NCBI RefSeq assembly: GCF_006345805.1
Contig: NC_043015.1
Coordinates: 31,806,001-31,870,000, forward strand
Source of the DNA: Octopus sinensis
Lineage: Eukaryota
DNA: 64,000 nt
Direction of reading: 5' to 3'
The notes below the pieces were generated by a model, which did not search any database, was not told the origin of the DNA, and was given only the letters and a program-made list of their open reading frames with translations. Below, one piece after another: positions 52,885 to 64,000 of this stretch. Made by a program: the position numbers and the translations under genes. The stretch's first letter is position 1. The number at the start of each line of letters is the position of its first letter.

Positions 52885-54136
52885 TGCGGAGTGGATTATT
52901 CTAGCGGAAGTAATGTGCCAAGTGGGTTGAATATATAACGCACGTCAGTTATTATATACACACACATCAAATACACATATATATGTTGTTCAGTTTGTCA
53001 TAGATGTTTGCAGCGAAGAGAGCAATCCTGCTGCACACAATGCAACTGCATGCAGGCTGGGCTGCAACTAAAGCAGTTGGCAGGAAAACTGAGCCTCTCT
53101 AATTAAAAGGTGTTTACGCATGTCAGTGCTGGCAGCACATAACCCACATGTGAGAAGTGGTTCTAGAACTACACTATGGACATGACAGGAGATGGTGGTG
53201 GAGGTGGTAACCACAGACTTTCATCATCATCGTCGTTGTCATCGTTTTAACGTCCACTTTACAGCACCAAGCATGAGTTGAATAGACATTGTAGGGTCAG
53301 ATTTTCTATGGCTGGATGCCTTTTTTTGTCACCTGACTGTTACCAAGTAGGGCAATATTTCCCCCCTGGCTGGATATATTTTCATGAAAGATTAGAAACG
53401 AAAGACACTGCTTGTAGGACAGTGGCACTTGTTTACAACTATGACATGAAGTCGAGGCAAAGAGACAGTTACATACACACACACCATAGTATTCTTTCGG
53501 TTTCCACCTACCAAATCCACTCACAAGGCTTTTTGGTTAACCCAGGATTATAGTAGAAGACACTTGCCCAAGGTTCCACACGATGGGACTGAACTCAAAA
53601 CCACGTGGTTGGGAAGTAAACTTCTAAACACAAAACCATGCCTGCACCAACCATCCTTGTGCAAGCAATAAACATAAAGCATCAAAAGGTGATTAACAGA
53701 AGGAAATCAGTGTGTTTGTTGTTTAGCCTCATGTCAGCCATGACTGAGCAGACTTATGAACAGAGGAATTCCATCCATGACCATCCATTTTATATATCAC
53801 AGATTATATTTTCCCCTCATCCCTTCATGGGGAGAGCAGATTGATAAAAAAGAATAATCCATGGTGAGTGGTGGATTGATCGGATTGACTGAAACACTTG
53901 TCGTAAACAACGGAGTAAGAATCCGTCCAAGATTGTTACTGGGCAAAAGACTTGGCAGCATTTGTTCTGACTTTACATCCTGAATTCAAATGCTGCTGAG
54001 GTCGACTTTGTCCATCTTCTGGGGTCGATAAAATTAGTACCATTCAAGTACTGGGATCAATATGACTACTTCCCCCACTAAAACTTTAGGCCTTTTAATA
54101 GAAAGAATTATTACATTGATATTATATAGAGATTAT

Positions 54137-54553
54137 TTGGATCTTTTTGGTTTGAACGGCAGTTTTTAACATAATTTCTAGGTAACTAAAAAATTTTAAA
54201 CTTCGTATACTGGTGGAATGTGTTTACAAAACATCTTTTTTTCTTGGCTTTATTGAGAAAATTCTATAGTTTGTAACATATTTTGTCTTTAATTTCTTGC
54301 ATTTCGACAATTTCAACCAAACAATGACGTCTATTGAGGTGAAAGCATTCTGTGCCATATGAATATGTCCCTCCTTTAAGAAACATTGGGTTTATTTACA
54401 TTTGTGAAGAGAAAAAGATACCCTTCCCCCACCCCTAACCGTAACCCTAAAACAGACTGAAATGCAATAGATCAATACTAGGGTCATAATTATGGGTGAC
54501 AATTTCATATGACACTGCTAGAAAAAACTGCCGTTCAAACCGAAAAGATCCAA
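54137..54553. mobile_element. Non-autonomous DNA transposon (MITE) with 31-bp TIRs
   Basis: ttggatctttttggtttgaacggcagttttt / aaaaactgccgttcaaaccgaaaagatccaa (1 mismatch); TSD not clear. Confidence 0.75.
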
Positions 54554-56219
54554 TTTTTACATTATAATATTGTCATCTCATTCAGAAGTTATCTATGGAT
54601 TATACTCTCCAACATTCATGTATATAATGTCAACCAGCATTGAGTTAAATCAACTTATAAATGCAGACTGTGTGCAGCGAAATGCACTCATATGCATTTG
54701 TATCACAATGCACTTGATGCAGTTCACATTTGAATTGAGAAAAGCAGAATGCATGTTTGAAGGATGGAATCTGATGACATGCAAATACACTGCTTTTCAA
54801 AAATTGATTTTAACAATTCGAAAACTGTTCATAATTGCTATTGCCAGTACTGCAAGAATAATTTTTCAAAAGAAATATATAAAAAAAAACCATCATTGCT
54901 CAATAGATATCAACTAAAATATATATATATATATATACAAGCTACACAAAGATAAAAAAAACATATCTCTCTGGAGCCATTTTTTAATTAACAGCATAGC
55001 CAAAAAAAAAAAAAAAAAATTGTACTAAATTATATTGTCCGCTTTGTCAAACCAAACTACCAAGCTGATTTTCACTTTCTAATTGTCGTTAGCTTCAATG
55101 TAAATCAATTATTTAAGATATTATTTAATTTAAATTAAATTCGTTTTTGTTGTGGTTGTTGTTATTGTTATATTTGTTTGCCCATCCCTCTTTAGAATAA
55201 GTTGTTGGGAGAATTGTAACAAACCAAACTTGTTTAATGTCACTGAAATAGAAAACAATATTCCACACAAAAGTAAATTAATAAATACACACACACACAC
55301 ACACACACACATATAAGGAAAGATGAATGATAGCAACTGATGACAGTCGTAATGATCATAGGCTAATTAATGAGAGAACTAAAACATAATAGCTGATTTT
55401 GATTAAATATATATATAGATAGATGGAGAACAGCAGTTTTGAAGAGGTCACAAAGTGAAAAACTTTACACAAAGTTTTAACTAAGACCTCAACCACATAC
55501 CGTGAGCCAACCACTAACCCACACTTGTGCCTGCTCCTAAGTCATGAGATAAAAGAACTTGATATCATCATCATCATTTAATGTCCACTTTTCCATGTTT
55601 GCACAGATCAGATGATGTTTATTGAGGCAGATTTTTCAATGCCTGGGTGCTCTTCCTATCACCAACTATCACCTGTTCCCAAGCAAAGTAATATTTTTCC
55701 CATGACCGGACATGTTTTTCATCAAAGATCAGAAATTAACAACATCACTTGTATGATGAAGATGTTTATTTAGAACCATCACATGATGTCAAAGCAAAAA
55801 GATATATATATATACAAACATGCAAACACTGAAACATATACATGTGTACAACAGGCTTCTTTCAGTTTCTGGTCACTGACAAACTTTAGTCAGCACAAGG
55901 CTATAGTAGAAGACACTTGCCCAAGGTGTTGCACCATGCAATTGAACCTGAGACAACATGGTTAGGAAGCAAACGTCTTAGCCACACAGTCACATCTGTG
56001 CATGTGAGACATGTAAAATACATGGGGTGTTTTATGAAGAGGTGGTGGCTTATACCTTAGTGAGAAGAGCATATTCAGTTCTGTACACTATCAAATTCTT
56101 TGCTCCTACAGCTGTTTCGATGCCCAATGAATTCAGTTTGAGGAATTAAATTGAATTGATGTTTATACGTCAGTTTCTCTGTTTTCTTTTTCTATTACTT
56201 GAATAATGTATACCCATAT

Positions 56220-56624
56220 CGCAGGAGTGGCTGTGTGGTAAGTAGCTTGTTTACCAACCACATGGTTCCAGGTTCAGTCCCACTGCGTGGCACCTTGGGC
56301 AAGTGTCTTCTACTATAGCCTCGGGCCGACAAAAACTTTGTGAGTGGATTTGGTAGACGGAAACTGAAAGAAGCCCGTCGTATATATATATATATATATA
56401 TATGCATGTGTGTGTTTGTGTGTCTGTGTTTGTCCCCCTAGCATTGCTTGACAACCGATGCTGGTGTGTTTATGTCCCTGTCACTTAGCGGTTCGGCAAA
56501 AGAGACCGATAGAATAAGTACTGGGCTTACAAAGAATAAGTCCCGGGGTCGAGTTGCTCGATTAAAGGCAGTGCTCCAGCATGGCCGCAGTCAAATGACT
56601 GAAACAAGTAAAAGAGTAAAGAGT
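56220..56624 (+). mobile_element. CORE-like SINE family A
   Basis: Full-length copy. Confidence 0.85.
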
Positions 56625-57897
56625 ATAACCATCAATGTGAAACTAACATATTCAGCAAGTGTCTTTTACTATTGCACCAGGCTGACCAAAGCCTTGTGAG
56701 TGGATTTGGTAGATTGGAAACTGAAAGACGCCCATTATAGTATGTGTGTGTGTATATATATATATCTTTGTCTGGACATCATGGTTGTAAACAAGCATCA
56801 CTGTCATACAAGTGGGGTTGTTTATTTCCCGTCTTCTGTGAAAAACATGTCTGGCCATGGGGAGATATTTATTACCCTGGTTGGAAACTGGTGAGGTTTG
56901 GCGACAAGAAGAGCATTCAGTATTAGAAAATCTTCCTCAACAAATTCTGTCTGACCCCATGCAAGTACAGAAAAGTGGATGTTAACCAATGATGATGATG
57001 AGGAGGAGGAGGAATGCTGTTTTGAGGTCATATGTAAAAAAAAAAAAACTTAGAATGAAAAAAACAAGAGTTTCAACTGAACCCCACCCCCCGCCCTAAA
57101 AGCTCCGACCCGACAGACACATGTTTCTGTATCAACCAGCAGCTCAAATTAGTGCTTGCTCCTAACCTCTCGAGGTGAAATATGTCGGGATATGGGACAT
57201 GTTGCGAAATACATGTGGTGCAAACAACAATTTTATTGAAGTTTCCTGGGGGACTCCATTACAGACTCACAAGTGTGGTGGTGGTGGTGGTGGTGGTGGT
57301 GGTGGTGGCATCGTTAATTAATATATGAGGTGCTAATGACGATGTTACGCTGTTGCCTGGGTAACCTCATAACATACTCTGGAGTAATGGGTGGTGGTGG
57401 TGGTGATAACGTTAATTACATGTGGTGCTAATGACAAAGTCGAGGTCATTGGCTAAGCAACTAAATAAGGGGCCGCAGGGTGTAGGGGTGACAGTGGTAG
57501 TAGTGACACTGAGTAACAGCTGTAACACAATGAATGGTAGCAACCATCTGACAGGGAGGGGCAATAAAATGAAATTCTAGTCGTGCCCTTATTTATATGA
57601 ACAGTTGGAGTACAACACGGGTCCCCCAACCCCTCCAGCCTAAGAGAAGACCCCAGGGAGTTTGAAGTATGACATTTCCATATTTTTCTCTTCTGAAAAT
57701 AAATCTGTCTGAGAAAAACTGGTTGATTTTTACTCAATAGTAGAATTATTAGAAGTATTCTATTGCTTGCTCCACCAACAGAATGGATTTTGATATTGAA
57801 CATGTTCCAGAGAAGGTCACAGCAGCACAAGGATCAGATGTTTTCATGTTCGTGTCTTGAAGAAACTAAATCTTTCCAGAGATCTGTGCTGCTTTAA

Positions 57898-58119
57898 CCC
57901 TTTAGTGTTCACATTATTCTGCCAAAATTAATGCTTCTTCATCCACATTGTTTTGAATTAATCCTGCATTAATCTTGTAGCTATGAGATTTTGATGAGGT
58001 AGCTGTTAATTTTTAAAACGATATTGTAGGGTTGGTCTGAGAGACCAGGTCTGGCCAGTTTGAACATAAAACAGGCAGGATACTTTTGGCCGGATATGGC
58101 CGGTTTAAATGCTAAAGGG
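57898..58119. mobile_element. piggyBac-like MITE
   Basis: TTAA|CCCTTTAG...CTAAAGGG|TTAA. Partial relatives near 6000-6120, 32590-33172 and 47990-48110. Confidence 0.8.
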
Positions 58120-58709
58120 TTAAGCAGCGCCTAGACATTTCTGAGGAATTACTTTTGAATTTCTTTATGATTTAACACCTTCCATTCATTATTGGTGTTT
58201 CGTAAAAATGTTAGGTCGCGGTCTCAAAGCGACGAAAATATTTTGACAAATGAAATTTAAATGTTGAAGTGAATCTAACGGTTTTGTGTGTTTCTTAAAT
58301 GGCTTATAAACACCTTCCACGCTGCAATTGTTAGAATACTAAGTTAATTGGTTAATGTTACGAACAATACTACGAGGTTGACTTTACCTTTCATCCTTTC
58401 AGGGTTGATAAAATAAGTACCAGTTACGCACTGGGGTCGATGCAAACAACTTATTCCCTTTGTTTGTCCCCTCTGTGTTTAGCCCTTGTGGACAATAAAG
58501 AAATAAATACTTTGAAATTAAGTCAAATACTACAGTTATATCTATTTGGATTGGGTCTGTATTCTAAATTTCTTTCCATATGAGAATTTCATAAAAGAAA
58601 AAAAAAAATTTAGCCATTTGTCCACCCTCTCATATTTGCAATCACTCTCAACACCCTCTGATATCTATCAATGATATCTCTGATATCTCTCTTGCTAATA
58701 GCCATCACT

Positions 58710-58899
58710 AAATACCTATTTCTTTACTACCCACAAGGGGCTAAACTCAGAGGGAACAAACAAGGACAGACAAACGGATTAAGTCGATTATATCGACCCC
58801 AGTGCATAACTGGTACTTAATTAATCAACCCCGAAAGGATGAAAGGCAAAGTCGACCTCGGCGGAATTTGAACTCAGAACATAGCGGCAGACGAAATAC
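58710..58899 (-). mobile_element. Meta-type SINE, headless unit-length monomer
   Basis: Begins and ends with aaatac (58710-58715, 58894-58899), exactly the repeat unit of the dimers. Confidence 0.8.
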
Positions 58900-61319
58900 T
58901 CTCTGATCTTCATCTCAGTCCTAGAACATTTCTCTCTCTCTCTCCCACTCTCCCAACCAGCACATCATCTCCCTATTTTCTGATTTATCTACAGGTTTAT
59001 TCAACAACTGCTGCTCTCCATCCTTCTTGTATGAGCTATTTCTTTTACCCCTCTCCTAAACTGATGTTTGCCACTGACCACATCTCCACCCCATCTACAT
59101 TCACTACATTAACCTCTACCCCACCATTCTCTAACCACTCTCCTCTCACACTCCAATGAACCCACCTACCCACACCTCACCATATTCAGTCTGCAATCTC
59201 TCAAACATACACCTTTTCGTACCTGGAGAGAATATTCTAATACATTATCACCAACATCTTTATCTGATTTCCAGCAAATATCAGCCCCCCCTTCCTATAT
59301 AATACCAGGTAGCCATGTAGCAAGACACCTGTCCTTCTATCATACTTGTGCCTTTCGATACCTGGCATAAAGCCACCACCACCCCTCCATTAGTACAGTT
59401 CTTTTAGTGAAGTGTTCTGTCAATGTTCTTTTGGTTCCTGCATCACATGCACATTCATAAACACAAGGCATTGATTTGCATACGTATGCATGTGTGTGTG
59501 CATTCAGTTCTTCTCTTTCTTGCAAGTTACTTGGAGACTTCAATGGTTCCAGTGTCGTAAAAAAAGAACCCAGTACACTCAACCGTTAGTGCTTGAGAAG
59601 AGCTTCCAGCCACAGAACCACTTCAAAGCAGGCAATGGAACTCAACGCAGTCCTTCAGTTTCTCAAATGCTCTCAAACCATCCAACCCCATGCCAGCATA
59701 GAAGACATATATCTTAAATGAAGGCGGTGAAGATTATATAAAGTCCAGTAAGTAACTTTCCAAAAAGAAACCCGTTTTTTAAATTTTTGATTGGCTATTT
59801 TTAACATGGGAGCGACATTGGTCAACAGTTTAACAATGGCAGATGAAGGGGCCCTCTATAGTTTCACTGCTCGACCTGTTAAAATACAATCACATGGATC
59901 TGGGTTTAGTCACACTGCATGGCACCTTGAGAAAGTGTCTCTTCCTGTAACCTTGAGCCAACCTAAGCCTTGTGAGTGGATTTGGTAGATGGAAACTGAA
60001 AGGAGCCTGGTGGGTGTGGGTGTCTTTTTTGGTCCCCACAACCACTTGACAACTGGTGTTGGTGTGTTTATATCCCTGTAACTAATCAGTTTAGTAAAAG
60101 GGGCCAACAGAATAAATACCAGGCTTAAAAAAAAAAGTACGGGGATTGGTTCGACAAAAAAATTTTCAAAGGTAGTGCCCCAACTTGGCCACAGTCTAGT
60201 GGAGGTGAATGGCTTAGTGGCTAAGGTGTTGAATACATGATCATTAGGTTGTGGTTTCAATTCCTGGATCGAGCGATGCGTTGTGTTCTTGAGCAAAACA
60301 CTTCATTTCACCTTGCTCCAGTCCTCTCAGCTGGAAAACGTAAGTAATCCTGCAACAGACTGACGTTCCATCCAGGTGGGGAATTTCTACGCCACTGAAA
60401 CCAGGAAACCGGCCCTTATGAGCCTGACATGGCTCGAGAAGGAACAGCAGTCTAATGACTGAGACTAGTAAAAGACGAAAGATGAAAGATTGCATAAAGC
60501 AGTCCAGGAAACACTAACCAAGACAGGTTAGTACTGGATTAGTCATTTTTGATTGTCTTTTCTCAATCAGGAATAATCTGAGGCTTAACAATTACAACAA
60601 CCAATGGCTAAGAATACCATGAATCAGTGCCCAGGACCGCAAATAGGTACTATCAACAATCGATGTAGCGTAATTGCTTCATTATATATAATCCTAGCAG
60701 GTAATGTGGGTATTTGGAAAATACCTCATGGAGTGATGATTGTGCCCTGCTTAGTTACAAGCTGCCCTTTGGCAAGGGACATCAGCCATTCAATCACCCC
60801 ATCAAGGATCAGCAAATTCACAGGACTGTGACATGGCAGATTGTGAAGAGGTAGTGGAGGAGCTCAACTGAGCTGATAATATTGATGCTGAACAGAGGAA
60901 TCGTAGAAGGTCAAAGGTTAAGATCATCAAGCATTATCAAGAGAACAACTGAAACACATCCACAAGAGAAGAATCCGTGGTTGTGCAATCAGCTAATGAG
61001 AAATTCACTGTGACTCAATCTCCCAATCCAAATTCCTAATAATGGAATTGGATGGTGACAGAGAATCATGGGAATCCGTGAACACATATATAGTCCTATT
61101 TTCAGTTAATATGCTCTAACTCTGAATAAACACACATCTTTCTTCATCCTTTTGATACCAATCCACCCTAGGCTGTCCCTGGTTCCATGACACAAACTGC
61201 CTGTTTTATAGTGGTCTAAATTTAAATTCTATGTTAATCTGTTCCAAACACCAGCTTAATAACGATAAAGTTATTTTAATATACTTCATGATTTTGAAAT
61301 TTAATTGAAACAAAAGGCA

Positions 61320-61710
61320 AGGCTGTGTGGTAAGTAGCTTGCTAACCAACCACATGGTTCCGGGTTCAGTCCCACTGCTTGGCACCTTGGGCAAGTGTCT
61401 TCTGCTATAGCCTCGGGCCGACCAATGCCTTGTGAGTGGATTTGGTAGACGGAAACTGAAAGAAGCCCGTCATATATATGTATATATATATATGTATGTG
61501 TGTGTGTCTGTGTTTGTCCCCCTAGCATTGCTTAACAACCAATGCTGGTGTGTTTATGTCCCCGTCACTTAGCGGTTCAGCAAAAGAGACCGATAGAATA
61601 AGTACTGGGCTTGCAAAGAATAAGTCCCGGGGTCAATTTGCTCGACTAAAGGCGGTGCTCCAGCATGGCCGCAGTCAAGTGACTGAAACAAGTAAAAGAG
61701 TAAAAGAGAG
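61320..61710 (+). mobile_element. CORE-like SINE family A
   Basis: Near full-length copy. Confidence 0.85.
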
Positions 61711-61774
61711 TATATATTTCTCTTGAAACTGGGAAAAAACCCCACTGACTCTATATTCAGTTTTGTCAGTGAAC

Positions 61775-62009
61775 AGGTCTCGGTCTCAAAGTGATGAAAA
61801 TATTTTGACAAATTAAATTTAAATGTTGAAGTGAATCTATTGGTGTTGTGTGTTTCTTAAATGGCTTATAAACACCTTCCACGCTGCAATTGTTTTCGTT
61901 CCAGCACACGATCTCAGATCAAGTCACTTGCTATGCAAGTACATCTCTGTTTTCGTTCCAGCACACGATCTCAGATCAAGTCACTTGCTATGCAAGTACA
62001 TCTCCGTAA
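61775..62009. repeat. Interspersed DNA-transposon-like repeat with internal 57-bp duplication
   Basis: First ~120 bp recur at about 58210-58332; 61891-61947 is identical to 61948-62004. Confidence 0.55.
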
Positions 62010-62550
62010 ATCTATATTCATGTTTTTTTTTTCATTTAATCTACTTGGTATTTCACTGTCTGTCAGACCCTTAGCCTCACCATAATCCGGGATTGAACTG
62101 CAGACGACCTAGTTGTCACATATTTTAATTCATGTTCTCTACACACATTACTTTTGGTTGCAATATTGAACATTCTTTCAAATGGTTACTCTGACCTCTT
62201 TTCGTCTCCACCCCCCACCCCCCGTATTCAAAACACCTACCCCTTACTGCTCTTGTTGCTCTCAAGGTTACATCAAATACCACTATTCTATGTTGACAGA
62301 TGACAGCTCATACCATTGTCTACGATACACTTCCCTCAACGGCCACATCTATTCATTAATACAAACTTAATACTCACCACTATTTCAGGATTTTATTTCT
62401 TGAATGTGGTTTGGATATTCGCTTATTTTTTTATAAACTAGATTTTCATTTTTGGTACTAACGATCGTTTTGACTGGGTACAAGGCCAACTTGGTTTTTT
62501 TTAAATTTTACTTGTGTTAGTCATTGGACTGCAGCAAAGCTAGGACACTA

Positions 62551-62784
62551 CCTATTTCTTTACTACCCACAAGGGGCTAAACATAGAGTGGACAAACAAG
62601 GACAGACAAAGGGATTAAGTCGATTACATCGACCCCAGTGCATAACTGGTACTTGTTTAATCGACCCCGAAAGGATGAAAGGCAAAGCCGACCTCGGTGG
62701 AATTTGAACTCACAAGGTAACGGCAGACAAAATACCGCAAAGCATTTCACCCGGCATGCGAACGTTTCTGCCAGCTCATCACCT
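62551..62784 (-). mobile_element. Meta-type SINE nested in a CORE-like SINE
   Basis: Full head and tail; interrupts the host motif gctggggcaccaccttgaagg. Confidence 0.8.
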
Positions 62785-62955
62785 TTGAAGGGCTTAATAA
62801 AAAAAACTGACCCCAGTGCTCATTTTTTTTTAAAGCCTGGTAGTTATTCTATCAGTCTCTTTTATTGAACTGCTAAGTTATGGAGAAGTAAACAAACCAG
62901 CACCAGATGCCAAGTGGTGGTGGGGGACAAATACAAACACACACATATATATACA

Positions 62956-63313
62956 CTAGCAGTATCGCCTGGCGTTGCTCGGGTTTGTAAGGGAAATAAC
63001 TATAAAGGATTTTTTAGAGAGTTATAGCCAAAAAATAGCAACAAAATGGAAAAAAAAGATGGTAAATTTTTTTTGATAGTTAAAAAGGTGGTTTGTATTT
63101 CTGATTGTCGACCCCATGTTGAATTTATCGATCTTTTTCAGAACTGGGGGAACTTTTCAAAATTTTCGCTGCGTTAGTTTTGAATTATGACATTGGGCTA
63201 TGTGTGTGTCAAGTTTCATCAGAATCGGTTGAAAGCCGTAGTCAGAGTGAGGGTACAAGCAAACAGACACACAGAAACACACACAGACAAACTGCCGTTT
63301 ATATATAGAGAGA
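62956..63313 (-). mobile_element. Non-autonomous Helitron
   Basis: Minus strand 5'-TC...CTAG-3' inserted between A and T; subterminal GC-rich hairpin remnant cccgagcaacgccagg; no TSD; splits a family A SINE at its CA/TA linker. Confidence 0.8.
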
Positions 63314-63483
63314 TATAGTGCACAAGAGGCTTTTTTTTCAGTTTCTGTCTACCAAATCCACATACTGATTGGCTGGGGCTATAGTAGAAGACACTTGTCC
63401 AAGGTGCCATGCAGTGGAACTGAACCTGGAACCATGTGGGTGGGAAGCAAACTTCTTACCATACAGCCTCACCTATGTCTTTA

Positions 63484-63678
63484 TACTCTTTTACTTGTTT
63501 CAGTCATTTGACTGTAGCCATGCTGGAGCACCACCTTTAGTCGAGCAAATCGACCCCCGGACTTATTCTTTGTAAGCCCAGTACTTATCCTATCGGTCTC
63601 TTTTGTCAAACCGCTAAGTGACGGAGACATAAACACACCAGCATCGGTTGTCAAGCAATGCTAGGAGGACAAACACAG

Positions 63679-63724
<46 letters not shown>

Positions 63725-63886
63725 GACGGGCTTCTTTCAGTTTCCATCTACCAAATCCACTCACAAGGCTTTGGTCGGCCCGGGGCTATAGTAGAAGACA
63801 CTTGCTCAAGGTGCCACGCAGTGGGACTGAACCCAGAACCATGTGGTTGGTAAGCAAGCTACTTACCACACAGCCAATTCTGCGCC
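63484..63886 (-). mobile_element. CORE-like SINE family A
   Basis: Full-length copy. Further older or partial copies occur near 5047, 11730, 24430, 27486, 27935, 38525, 42270, 43683, 53480, 55820 and 59865. Confidence 0.85.
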
Positions 63887-64000
63887 TATGGGGAAAATTA
63901 GAATACAAAATCAACCGAAACATGTAACAGGTGCCTCAATTCATTGATTACAGGAAAAATTCATGGATGACAGATAAAATCAATTTTGAATGAGTTTTGG

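Noticed and set aside
54570-54917. 115-aa ORF next to the MITE
   Set aside because: No recognisable motif, no splice support, AT-rich composition.

Overview
Eukaryotic, AT-rich, repeat-saturated genomic DNA. The SINE families, long (TA/CA)n and (GATA)n tracts and divergent 5.8S sequence point to an octopod cephalopod (inferred from recognised repeats, not a search). The only confidently coding segment is the first coding exon of a group I p21-activated kinase on the minus strand (13560-13615, MSDDPEKPPAPPLRLASN(R)). The CRIB and kinase exons are not seen and should lie left of the window, so 1-13559 is PAK intron. Sequence right of 13648 is probably long 5'-UTR intron(s), with at least one strong non-coding exon candidate (19794-19850). 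The rest is tRNA-derived SINEs of several families, 5'-truncated RTE and CR1/L2-type LINE ends, piggyBac-like and other MITEs, a Helitron, and micro/minisatellites. Almost all long ORFs in the track are microsatellite or SINE artefacts. The most striking observation is a full-length 5.8S rRNA copy without spacers. It is fused to the 3' tail of a SINE and flanked by a 15-bp target-site duplication (36702-36926), i.e. a retrotransposed rRNA-SINE chimera. The same SINE family forms one-headed dimers and tends to land on GGTA(T/C)T-like targets. Several perfect hairpins and inverted repeat pairs could form dsRNA in the PAK pre-mRNA.
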